A stretch of DNA of 14,761 nt from Candidatus Omnitrophota bacterium (GTDB taxonomy: Bacteria > Ratteibacteria > UBA8468 > MWAK01), in NCBI GenBank assembly GCA_043797665.1, contig JAZDPL010000021.1:1-14761 (forward strand), given 5' to 3'. The position numbers were made by a program, and so were the translations under genes. Shown here piece by piece: positions 1 to 8,196 of this stretch. Under the pieces are notes generated by a model, which saw only the letters and a program-made list of their open reading frames with translations, was not told where the DNA came from and searched no databases. Position 1 is the first letter of the stretch. The number at the start of each line of letters is the position of its first letter.

Positions 1-2
1 CC

Positions 3-3000
3 GGACAACAGGCCAAATTGCATGTATTGTTTATCACCTATCTTGACGGCATCCGTGAAATCGCGCAGATTGCGCAAAGAATGGAATTGGAGCCGGTGAT
101 TACACCGGTGGCAGGCCGGGAAACATTTCTTTTCAGTGACTATGGTGAAAAATACCCCATATACTATAGCAGTGTTCCTCCTGGATTTGATGGGCCGCCT
201 TCAGCAGAGATTAATAAAGAAATCGAAAGAGTGTTGGATGGCGAATTTGACGCGCTGGTTTTAGGCACTGTCAATTGGAGTTCTTTTCCCCAGGTGACCC
301 GCGAAAAAATACTCAAGAAAGTGGAAAGCGGTGCGACGCTTATAGCCAAAGTCAGCGGAATTGACGATTTACTCACGAATGCATTAGAAGACCGGACCAA
401 ACCTGATTTGTCTTTTTTGTTTCCGTATAAAGGCCTGCCGGCATTCAGCAAATACCCTGATTTTCAGACATTCCTGGATAATACCGTGCAGATATCCAAA
501 TACGGCAAAGGCCGAATCATCCTGTTGACCGGTTATGATGTGCCGGATTATCAGATGCTGACTCCAGACGTATCCGGCAACCCGGATGACATGAAACTAT
601 TGGATTATGATTATTACCTGGCTTTTGTCATTCATTTGCTTCGTTATGCTTCGGGGAAAGAAGATGACTGCAAGGTTTCCGGCCAGCCGGTACTCAAGGC
701 GGATCGTACTTCAACCATTAATTTGGAGTTTGGTCTTGAGAGCAAGGTGAAGACCAATATGACCTGCGTTTTGACAGTCAGAGATAGAGATAATCGCCTT
801 TTGGCAACACAACAGCAGGCGGTAGCGACAAACTCCGGCAAACAAGTGGTCAAATTCAATGTAGATAAACTGCCGGCAGGAGACTATTTCGCCGATTTGA
901 GAGTGTTGAATGGTGACAAGGTTATGGACTTTGGGTCGTCCTATCTTGAGGTGACTTCCGCCAACAGTGTGGCAGAAGTCGATATAAAAAGAGAATATGG
1001 GGGGAAAGAAAAAGTCGAAGGCAAGGTCGGTCTCATACTAAATGGACAGGAAAAAGATCTAAAACTGCATATAGCCCGGCGCGATAATTATACCCGCGTG
1101 GTCAGCCGGACAGAAGCGTTGGTTAATGATGGGGAAATACCGTTTTCCCTTCCAACCGTGGAAGGGGTAATGTCCGAAAATCAATATCTGGATGTAGAAT
1201 TAAGGAAAGGCGCGGAGGTGTTGGATAGGAAAACCGTCTCATTCCGTGTCAAACAGGATGCCGCACCCGGGGAGAACCGGCATGCGGTGTTGCCGGAATC
1301 GGCGGGGAAGAACAGCTACCTGGCGCCATATCTCAGCGCCGATTATGAGCGTTGCGGGTCAGGTCGGGCGTTGAACAATTTTGTGACCGAGTTGCTTAAT
1401 ATCAGCCAGTTTGCCGATGATGCGATGCAGACGTTTACGTTTGAGAATCCCCGGGATGGTTGGGTATTCTCCGTTCTGACGGCCGATTTCCAAAAAGAGG
1501 AAGACCACGCCTGGGTTTTGCTCGGGTCCGGTCAGGAACTGCGGTCTATTCTGACAGTATCCGGCGCAAATAAGAAGCAGGAAAAAGCGGAAACCATGCG
1601 GTATTTGCCGGCCGGTAAATATACGCTGGCGGTTGGTACGCAGGGTCAAACAAAGCTGAAAAATGTTATTGTCCGAGCAGTGCCGGAAATGCAATTCTAT
1701 AGATATCCCATCTTTAAGACGAAGAGATTCTATCGGGCGGATATTAATCTTGACTGGGATTTCATGCGCCGCCATATCCTGCCGAATATCAACGTGATCG
1801 TCGGAGTTGACACCCTGAACAATGTAAAGACCGCTCTGGACTGGAAAAAAACGGGTGGGAAATGGATTGCCCAATGTAATGTTCCGAAATACCTCCCGGA
1901 AGACGGTATGCCCACGGTGGATGAAGCCTATAAGTTCTGGGCACAGGGCGATCTTGAGAACCCGCTGGTGGACGGACTGATTGCCGACGAGTTTACGATT
2001 GCCCACCTTCCGGAACAACAGAGGAAGTTTGAAGTTTATTGCGCGGCCATCCGTCAGATTAATGACAACCCATTGTATCAAGGAAAAATGTTTTATCCCT
2101 TTATCGGGCTTGGTCAGGCGCGTTATTTTCAAAGCACGTTTCGACACATTTCCGGGTTCGGCTTTAAAATGGCGCTGGAGCGTTATCTGAATGAAATGCC
2201 TTCTCGTGAGCAGGCGGTAAACATGATTGCACAATTATATGATCTGGATATGGAACCGTTCCTGGAGATCAATACCGCGCCGCAAAAGCATATCATTCAT
2301 TATTTTTGTCCCAACAATCAGCTGCAAACATCTCTGTGCGTTGATGTTCTTTCGGACGTCAATTTCAAGGCGTTCCTTGATATGCAGTTTAACTACCTGG
2401 CCAACGCACCTGCATGTGCGGGGTTGTATGGCTTGGGGCCCTGGGTATGTGAATACGCCGACGAAGAAACCATTCGGTGGATGGCTAAACTTTACCGGCA
2501 TTACTGTATTGAGGGAAAACGGGGCATGCTCTCCAGGGATACCTACGAACTTACCCATCTTCGGAACGCCGATTTCGCGAAGGGATTGGAAGACTGGAAT
2601 GTTTCTCCCGCTGAAGAAGGCTGTATTAAAGCCACGACTATTCCCGAAATGCCACGAATTGAATTTCGTGCCGGTTATGTGACGGACAAAGGCGAATGTC
2701 TGTGGCTGAAACGAAGTGCCAAGGCTCCCAACCGGTTCAGCCAGATGGTACGTAATCTTACACCCGGTCGTCTATATTCATTAAAGTTCTTCACCTATGA
2801 TTTGCAGGGACTGGAGATGGAGCCGGAGAAGTTTCACGCGCTGTCCGTCGTGATGGATAACGCCGACGTTCTCAAGGATATCGAGCCCCATGTACAATGG
2901 CGAAATGCGCAAACCAATGAGAAATGCCTGAATCAGCATTATTATCTTTTCCGCGCTAAATCGGGAACCTGCAAATTAACGATTTCGGACTGGGTGGATG

Positions 3001-3086
3001 AGAAGAATCAGGGCGGACCCGCAGGGCAGGAAATTGTTTACGACTTTGTTCAAATCCAGCCGTACCTGGAAAACAATTTGGAATGA
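3..3086 (+). CDS. Large hypothetical protein (>1022 aa), probably 5'-truncated by the window edge; multi-domain, possibly carbohydrate-active
   Basis: The frame is open from position 3 (GGA CAA CAG GCC AAA TTG) to TGA at 3084-3086, so the TTG at 18 is probably not the true start. It has beta-rich segments, a central DGLIADEF acidic motif, and a C-terminal HLRNADFAKGLEDW segment resembling the start of galactose-binding/CBM4-9-like modules. Function is inferred. Confidence 0.8.
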   Translation, partial: GQQAKLHVLFITYLDGIREIAQIAQRMELEPVITPVAGRETFLFSDYGEKYPIYYSSVPPGFDGPPSAEINKEIERVLDGEFDALVLGTVNWSSFPQVTREKILKKVESGATLIAKVSGIDDLLTNALEDRTKPDLSFLFPYKGLPAFSKYPDFQTFLDNTVQISKYGKGRIILLTGYDVPDYQMLTPDVSGNPDDMKLLDYDYYLAFVIHLLRYASGKEDDCKVSGQPVLKADRTSTINLEFGLESKVKTNMTCVLTVRDRDNRLLATQQQAVATNSGKQVVKFNVDKLPAGDYFADLRVLNGDKVMDFGSSYLEVTSANSVAEVDIKREYGGKEKVEGKVGLILNGQEKDLKLHIARRDNYTRVVSRTEALVNDGEIPFSLPTVEGVMSENQYLDVELRKGAEVLDRKTVSFRVKQDAAPGENRHAVLPESAGKNSYLAPYLSADYERCGSGRALNNFVTELLNISQFADDAMQTFTFENPRDGWVFSVLTADFQKEEDHAWVLLGSGQELRSILTVSGANKKQEKAETMRYLPAGKYTLAVGTQGQTKLKNVIVRAVPEMQFYRYPIFKTKRFYRADINLDWDFMRRHILPNINVIVGVDTLNNVKTALDWKKTGGKWIAQCNVPKYLPEDGMPTVDEAYKFWAQGDLENPLVDGLIADEFTIAHLPEQQRKFEVYCAAIRQINDNPLYQGKMFYPFIGLGQARYFQSTFRHISGFGFKMALERYLNEMPSREQAVNMIAQLYDLDMEPFLEINTAPQKHIIHYFCPNNQLQTSLCVDVLSDVNFKAFLDMQFNYLANAPACAGLYGLGPWVCEYADEETIRWMAKLYRHYCIEGKRGMLSRDTYELTHLRNADFAKGLEDWNVSPAEEGCIKATTIPEMPRIEFRAGYVTDKGECLWLKRSAKAPNRFSQMVRNLTPGRLYSLKFFTYDLQGLEMEPEKFHALSVVMDNADVLKDIEPHVQWRNAQTNEKCLNQHYYLFRAKSGTCKLTISDWVDEKNQGGPAGQEIVYDFVQIQPYLENNLE

Positions 3087-3172
3087 ATGGATTAACGATA
3101 GAACCAATTGCAAAAGTATCAGAAACCGTGAATTATTTTTGAAAAAAACGGCACAAATTTTATCAAAATATC

Positions 3173-3341
3173 ATGTCCCAAAAAAACAAAGTACAAGGCA
3201 GTCTGCTGGTCAGTTTTGACTGCACTCAGGATTATCCGGCGGAGACGTATCTAGAACATGGTTCTACCCAAATCGTAGAGACTGCGGCGGGCCGTGACCG
3301 GCTACATCGCGCGCAAAGCCGGACAGATGCTTGCAGGTTAG
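3173..3341 (+). pseudogene. Probable internal-deletion remnant: N-terminal 41 codons of a gene joined out of frame to a C-terminal tail
   Basis: 3173-3295 encodes protein-like [41 protein letters not shown]. From 3297 a different frame reads [17 protein letters not shown] (3339-3341), ending just before the RBS of the next gene. The downstream pilin-like gene has its own SD and ATG at 3374. Confidence 0.4.
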
Positions 3342-3373
3342 GAAAACTCCTTAAACAGGAGGAAAGGAGAAAA

Positions 3374-4057
3374 ATGTCTAAGAAGATAGTGAAGCGGATG
3401 GTGTTCGCGTTTACGCTGATCGAACTTTTGGTGGTAATTGCCATCATTGCCATTTTAGCGGCGATGCTTCTGCCGGCACTCAGCCGGGCACGGGAGAAAG
3501 CGAAGCAGGCGCAATGTATCAACAACTTAAAGCAGATTGGGCTGGCTGTGGCAATGTACGCACAGGATTATGACGAGTGGTTTCCTTGCACCGAAGGAAG
3601 TCCCTGGTATGTAGGTCCTGCCAACCCTTCGGGGTACTGGTGGACTAAATTACTTTACGACTTAGGATACATCCAGAACGCGGGTGTTCTCGTTTGCCCG
3701 AGTTGTTCTCCGTACCAATTTCGTATCCTCCCCGACCACCCCAACTACGCTTGGGGCCGTACCTATGGGTTCATCTACGGTGCATCCGTCCGGTTAAAAG
3801 AGGTTACCGACCCCACCTCGGCTGGTTTGATAGCCGATTCCATAGGTGTTGACAATGATCTTTTTCAATCTGCTTTTGTTTTACCACAGTATAACCCCGG
3901 GTGGCCGATATATATCCATAGCCGCCATACAGGATTTGCCAATGTTTTATTCTGGGATGGTCATGTAGCCTCCTGTAGCGATTCGGATTTGAGGAAAATT
4001 CCCAATAACTGGGCGAGTCAAGGTTTCATCACTTATAGTTATCCCGGAAATCCATAA
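3374..4057 (+). CDS. Prepilin-type N-terminal cleavage/methylation protein with C-terminal H-X9-DG domain (DUF1559-like), copy 1, 227 aa
   Basis: SD AAGGAG at 3364-3369 precedes ATG 3374. It has a basic leader [43 protein letters not shown], then [12 protein letters not shown] and [15 protein letters not shown] (H-X9-DG). The ORF-track start at 3173 is probably too far upstream. Confidence 0.93.
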   Translation: MSKKIVKRMVFAFTLIELLVVIAIIAILAAMLLPALSRAREKAKQAQCINNLKQIGLAVAMYAQDYDEWFPCTEGSPWYVGPANPSGYWWTKLLYDLGYIQNAGVLVCPSCSPYQFRILPDHPNYAWGRTYGFIYGASVRLKEVTDPTSAGLIADSIGVDNDLFQSAFVLPQYNPGWPIYIHSRHTGFANVLFWDGHVASCSDSDLRKIPNNWASQGFITYSYPGNP

Positions 4058-4075
4058 TCAAACTATTCCTTATAA
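3482..4075 (+). repeat. Direct repeat copy 1 (594 bp), ~95% identical to 11975-12565
   Basis: Manual alignment gives 28 substitutions plus one 3-bp indel. It begins at AGCCGGGCACGGGAG and ends 18 bp past the stop codon (TCAAACTATTCCTTATAA). Confidence 0.97.
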
Positions 4076-4081
4076 TTTTCA

Positions 4082-4088
4082 AAGGAGG
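4082..4088 (+). promoter_or_regulatory. Shine-Dalgarno site for GH29 copy 1
   Basis: AAGGAGG lies 5 nt upstream of GTG at 4094. Confidence 0.8.
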
Positions 4089-4093
4089 TTACA

Positions 4094-5029
4094 GTGTCTA
4101 CTCGACGTCATAAGTGGTTCAGTCAAGCACGTTTTGGTATGTTTATCCATTGGGGCTTATATTCAATATTGGGACGCGGTGAATGGGTTATGGATGCTGA
4201 GAAAATTCCTCTGTCAGAATATGAAAAGTTAATTACAAGATTTAATCCCGAAAAGTTTAATGCAAAAGAGTGGGTTTCTTTGGCAAAATCAGCCGGAATG
4301 AAATATATGGTTCTTACGACAAAACACCATGATGGTTTCTGTCTTTTTGACAGTAAACTGACGGATTATACATCCAAGAATAGTCCGGCTAAAAAAGATT
4401 TTGTCGCCGAATTTGTTGAAGCATGTCGGAAAGAAGGCATGAAGATAGGATTTTATTATTCTCTCTTAGATTGGCATCATTCAGATTATCAGGCCAGTCC
4501 TGCTAAAGGAACACTCTCAAAAAAATATATTGACTATTATCATGGCCAGGTTAGAGAATTATGCACTAATTACGGCAAGATTGATATAATGTGGTTTGAT
4601 GGCGAATGGGACCACTCTTATCAGCAGTGGAAATCAAAGGAACTGGTAAGAATGATACGTAAGCTTCAGCCAGATATCTTAATCAATAATCGCCTCGGGC
4701 ATAAGGGAAATTGCCATAGAGATGATATTTCTTATAAAGAAGGAGATTTTGGCACTCCGGAACAGACGATTACTGCTGGGGCATCTGACCGTTTATGGGA
4801 ATCGTGTATGACAATGAATGACCACTGGGGATATGCTTTTGGTGACCATAATTGGAAAACTACAACACAACTCATCCATAACCTGGTTAGATGTGTTGCG
4901 GGTGGTGGTAACTATCTTCTTAATGTTGGTCCAAAACCGGATGGGACAATTCCATTACCATCGGTCAGGCGTCTTAAGAAAATAGGCTCATGGATAAAGA
5001 TAAATGGTAAATCTATATATGGTGCTTGA
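4094..5029 (+). CDS. GH29 alpha-L-fucosidase family protein, catalytic barrel only, 311 aa
   Basis: Motifs ARFGMFIHWGLYS, GEW, AGMKYMVLTTKHHDGFCLFDS, WFDG (nucleophile Asp), INNR, TPEQ, WESCMTMNDHWGY and GGNYLLNVGP. GTG start with strong SD. No signal peptide evident. Confidence 0.93.
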   Translation: MSTRRHKWFSQARFGMFIHWGLYSILGRGEWVMDAEKIPLSEYEKLITRFNPEKFNAKEWVSLAKSAGMKYMVLTTKHHDGFCLFDSKLTDYTSKNSPAKKDFVAEFVEACRKEGMKIGFYYSLLDWHHSDYQASPAKGTLSKKYIDYYHGQVRELCTNYGKIDIMWFDGEWDHSYQQWKSKELVRMIRKLQPDILINNRLGHKGNCHRDDISYKEGDFGTPEQTITAGASDRLWESCMTMNDHWGYAFGDHNWKTTTQLIHNLVRCVAGGGNYLLNVGPKPDGTIPLPSVRRLKKIGSWIKINGKSIYGA

Positions 5030-5033
5030 AAAA

Positions 5034-6089
5034 ATGAATAGTTTTGTCATACACAATAGGGGATTTTTGACTGATCTTTTTGGTGGAGCATCTCATAGAC
5101 ATGCAATTATTACGTGTCCAGAGCCAATCAAATCTTCGGATGGCGATTTTCTGGTTTCGAAAAAGCCGGTGAAAAACTGGCTGTCGTGGGCAGTTACTAA
5201 CTATGAATCTAAAGTAAAGATACTGGAACTTTTTCAGGATGATAGTGTTCCTTACGTCAACCTGAATACTAATACCGGTGTATTTGCGTCAGCCTTCGGT
5301 TGTTGCCTGCATGTTTACAAGGAAGATACGGCAGCTTGCGCCATGCCCATGGTTGAAACAGCAGAAGAAGCAGACCGTTTGCCAGAACCTGATTTGAACG
5401 CACCGGCCATTGAAAGATTTTTTGAACTAGCCAATTTCCTCCGCTATGAATTGGGTAAGGAAGTACCTATCAGCGTTCCGGATGTTCAAAGTCCGTTTGA
5501 CATCGCAGCCCTTGTTTGGAAAAAGGAAAATATGATGACGGCTCTGTACGAAAGGCCGGATTCTGTATTGCGATTGGTTGAGAAATGTCTACAACTTCTT
5601 AAGATTTTCCTGCGTACTTTCATACGTGAGTTTCCAAACTGCAATTTGTGTCATTGTCCAACTGCCTGGGCACCACCAGAATTCGGGGTGTGGCTATCAG
5701 AAGATGAAGCCGGTAGTATCAGCAGTGAAATGTTCGTAAAATTTTGTTTACCAAGCCTGGTTGCTCTCAGTAGAGAATTTGGCGGCATGTTCATTCACTG
5801 TTGTGCAAATGCTGATCATCAATACGGTAATTTCAGGCGTATTCCAAATTTGCGTGGGCTAAACCGTTATTTACCGAAACAGTCAGGTGGGCCGCGTGCA
5901 GTAATCGAAGCTTTCTCCGAGAAAACCGTAATCATGCCTCCTTTTGAAAACGAGCAGAAAGTGTATGAATGGCTTGATATGGCCTTGCCAAACACTCGTT
6001 TTCTCTTTAATTTGCCGGTTGATTTATTGAACATTGAGGAAGCAAAACGCATGTACGATCGCATCCGTGTTGCTGTCACTAAAAACTGA
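5034..6089 (+). CDS. Uroporphyrinogen decarboxylase / MtaA-like methyltransferase fold protein, ~351 aa
   Basis: Motifs PDVQSPFDIAALV, YERPDSV, SEDEAGSISSEMFVKFCLP and IHCCA (HxC metal-binding-like). The start is uncertain (ATG 5004, 5019 or 5034). Confidence 0.75.
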   Translation: MNSFVIHNRGFLTDLFGGASHRHAIITCPEPIKSSDGDFLVSKKPVKNWLSWAVTNYESKVKILELFQDDSVPYVNLNTNTGVFASAFGCCLHVYKEDTAACAMPMVETAEEADRLPEPDLNAPAIERFFELANFLRYELGKEVPISVPDVQSPFDIAALVWKKENMMTALYERPDSVLRLVEKCLQLLKIFLRTFIREFPNCNLCHCPTAWAPPEFGVWLSEDEAGSISSEMFVKFCLPSLVALSREFGGMFIHCCANADHQYGNFRRIPNLRGLNRYLPKQSGGPRAVIEAFSEKTVIMPPFENEQKVYEWLDMALPNTRFLFNLPVDLLNIEEAKRMYDRIRVAVTKN

Positions 6090-6166
6090 AATTAAAAAAA
6101 TGGAAGACCGTGCATTATACCATTCCATAGTAGGCAGGTACGAAAGGATCACCCAGGCAGTCAGAG

Positions 6167-7123
6167 ATGAAGATGTCAGAGGAAGAGAAGAAACGGTTAT
6201 TGCGGCTGATGCTGACCATCAGAAGTTTTGAACTGATGGTGCAGGAGAAACGTTTTCAAGGTCGTATTCCCGGCACGGCTCATCTCTATGTCGGTGAAGA
6301 AGCGTCTGCGGTGGGGGTCTGTGCCGGGCTAAAGAAAGATGATTATCTGGTCAGTACCCACCGGGGCCACGGCCACTGCATCGCCAGGGGCGCCGCGATA
6401 AATCTGCTGATGGCGGAGTTATACGGTAAATCCACCGGTTACTGCAGAGGCAAAGGTGGAAGTATGCATATATTTGTAAAGGAACTGGGTATCCTGGGCA
6501 CAAACGGCATTGTGGGCGCGGGACTTCCGTTGGCGCTTGGCGCAGGACTGCACGCAAAGTTGCGCAAGACCGGCCAGGTCTGTGCCTCTTTCTTCGGCGA
6601 CGGCGCGGCCAATCAGGGAACATTCCACGAATCGCTTAATCTGGCTGCGGTCCAGAGTCTGCCGGTTATTTTTGTCTGCGAGAATAACCTCTATGCTACT
6701 GAGACGCCGGTGCGGGATGCAACCCTGACTAAAAACTTTGCCGACCGTGCTCAGGCGTATGGCATCCCGGGAGAGGTGGTTGATGGAAACAATCTCCTGG
6801 AGGTTTGCGAGAAGGCTTCCCAGGCAATAGAGCGTGCCCGCTCCGGCCAGGGTCCAACCCTTTTAGAATGTAAGACCTACCGGTACCTCGGTCACTATGT
6901 CGGTCATGGTGAGACCGGTTACCGCACCAAAGAAGAAGTGGAAGCCTGGCGCAAAAGAGACCCGATAAAGTTATTTTTCCGGCATTTAGCAGCAGAGAAA
7001 ACCCTGAATGAGAAAGAATTCACTGACATGGAAGGAAAGGTACAGGCTGAGGTAGAAGAGGCGGTAAGGTTTGCGGAGGAGAGTCCCTTTCCGGAACCGG
7101 AAGAAGCGTTAGTAGGGGCTTGA
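6167..7123 (+). CDS. ThDP-dependent dehydrogenase E1 component alpha subunit (acetoin/pyruvate dehydrogenase-like), 318 aa
   Basis: Motifs HLYVGEEA, STHRGHGH, GKGGSMH, NGIVG, GDGAANQG...ENN (ThDP motif) and TYRYLGH. Confidence 0.93.
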   Translation: MKMSEEEKKRLLRLMLTIRSFELMVQEKRFQGRIPGTAHLYVGEEASAVGVCAGLKKDDYLVSTHRGHGHCIARGAAINLLMAELYGKSTGYCRGKGGSMHIFVKELGILGTNGIVGAGLPLALGAGLHAKLRKTGQVCASFFGDGAANQGTFHESLNLAAVQSLPVIFVCENNLYATETPVRDATLTKNFADRAQAYGIPGEVVDGNNLLEVCEKASQAIERARSGQGPTLLECKTYRYLGHYVGHGETGYRTKEEVEAWRKRDPIKLFFRHLAAEKTLNEKEFTDMEGKVQAEVEEAVRFAEESPFPEPEEALVGA

Positions 7124-7188
7124 TTCATCAAGCCCGCGGGTCGGATAAACCTGTCCCTGTGTGTAGTAAACAGGGATCCGACCCCTAC
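7112..7188. repeat. GTAG-type REP doublet (REPIN-like) with a nested hairpin
   Basis: GTAG-GGGCTTGAT-TC-ATCAAGCCC (7112-7135) is followed by GGGTCGGAT...ATCCGACCC-CTAC (7138-7188). Both have perfect 9-bp stems, with terminal inverted repeats GTAGGGG/CCCCTAC. An inner CCCTGT/ACAGGG stem sits at 7155-7175. Confidence 0.8.
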
Positions 7189-7216
7189 GTCAAAATATTT
7201 AATGCGTTTGTATTAA
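7189..7216 (+). repeat. 28-bp intergenic motif, copy 1
   Basis: GTCAAAATATTTAATGCGTTTGTATTAA matches 11830-11857 at 24/28 positions, ungapped. Confidence 0.8.
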
Positions 7217-8196
7217 TGCGTGAGATAAAGTATTTAGAGGCGCTCCGGGAAGGTTTTGCGGCCGGGATGCGCAAAGACCCTGATTCGTTTATGGCCGGTG
7301 AAGGAATCGGGGCGCGCGGCGGGTCTTTTGCTCATACTAAAGGATTGTATGAGGAATTTGGACCGGAACGGGTCCTGGATATGCCCATCTCGGAATCCGC
7401 CTTTGTGGGGATGTGTGCCGGTGCGGCAGCCTGCGGTTCCAGGGCCATAGCGGATTTGATGTATTTTGACTTTATCACCCTGGCCATGGACCAGATTGTC
7501 AACCAGGCGGCAAAGATACGGTATATCTCCGGAGGACAGTTTTCTATGCCCATGACCATAAATGCCATCTTCGGTATCTACCATTCTGCCGGTACCCATC
7601 ATTCTCAGACGTTCTATCCGTGGTTTATCAATACGCCCGGAATAAAGGTGGTCATACCCTCAACGCCGTATGATGTCAAGGGCCTTTTAGCGAGTGCTAT
7701 CATTGACGACAATCTGGTATTAGTATTAGAACACCGGGGATTGCTGAATATTAAAGGAGAGGTGCCGGAAGAAGACTATTTTTTGACCTTAGGTGAGGCG
7801 AAAGTTGTAAAAGAAGGTACTGATGTGACTATCGTGGCTACCGGTCTGATGGTACACCAAGCTCTTAAGTCTGCGGAGGTTCTGGCCGGCAAGGGAGTAA
7901 AGGCTGAAATTATAGACCTGAGAACCCTGGTGCCATTGGATGAGAAGACGGTTATTGATTCGGTTAAAAAGACCCACCGTCTATTAATTGTTGATGAAGG
8001 CTATGGCCCCTGTGGGGTTGGTGCGGAAATCACCGCTGTGGTTCAAAGCAAAGCATTTGATTTCCTGGATGCACCCGTCAGCCGTCTGCAGACTCTAAGC
8101 GTACCAATACCCTACAGTCCACCTTTGGAGCAGTATGTCATCCCTGATGTGGATAAGATTGTCAGTGCGGTATCAGATATTTTAGGAGGATTATGA
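7216..8196 (+). CDS. ThDP-dependent dehydrogenase E1 component beta subunit, 326 aa
   Basis: MREIKYLEAL is a typical beta N-terminus. Other motifs are FGPERVLDMPISE, DQIVNQAAK, HHSQ, PGIKVVIPSTPYD and IDLRTLVPLD. The extension back to TTG 7120 runs through the REP element and is probably non-coding. Confidence 0.92.
   Translation: MREIKYLEALREGFAAGMRKDPDSFMAGEGIGARGGSFAHTKGLYEEFGPERVLDMPISESAFVGMCAGAAACGSRAIADLMYFDFITLAMDQIVNQAAKIRYISGGQFSMPMTINAIFGIYHSAGTHHSQTFYPWFINTPGIKVVIPSTPYDVKGLLASAIIDDNLVLVLEHRGLLNIKGEVPEEDYFLTLGEAKVVKEGTDVTIVATGLMVHQALKSAEVLAGKGVKAEIIDLRTLVPLDEKTVIDSVKKTHRLLIVDEGYGPCGVGAEITAVVQSKAFDFLDAPVSRLQTLSVPIPYSPPLEQYVIPDVDKIVSAVSDILGGL

Noticed and set aside
1359..2234. 291-aa minus-strand ORF and the other antisense or alternate-frame ORFs in the track
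   Set aside because: They lie on top of well-supported + strand genes and show no recognisable motifs, so they are treated as shadow ORFs.
3087..3172. Sigma70-like promoter in the AT-rich gap (TTGCAA 3108, TTGAAA 3139)
   Set aside because: No convincing -10 hexamer lies at proper spacing. A promoter is plausible here but cannot be located.
3173..3373. 67-aa N-terminal extension of pilin copy 1 as given in the ORF track
   Set aside because: A strong SD and ATG at 3374 give a short basic leader matching copy 2. The upstream part is better explained as a remnant.
6100..6128. ATGGAA...TTCCAT inverted repeat between the UROD-like gene and E1-alpha
   Set aside because: It is only 6 bp with a 17-nt spacer and no U-tract, which is compatible with chance.
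7112..7216. Ancestral E1 alpha-beta fusion split by the REP (removing 7112-7188 joins alpha in frame to beta via VKIFNAFVL)
   Set aside because: An in-frame join has a 1-in-3 chance. The supposed linker (7189-7216) is the 28-bp motif that recurs in non-coding DNA at 11830-11857, so it is unlikely to be ancestral coding sequence.
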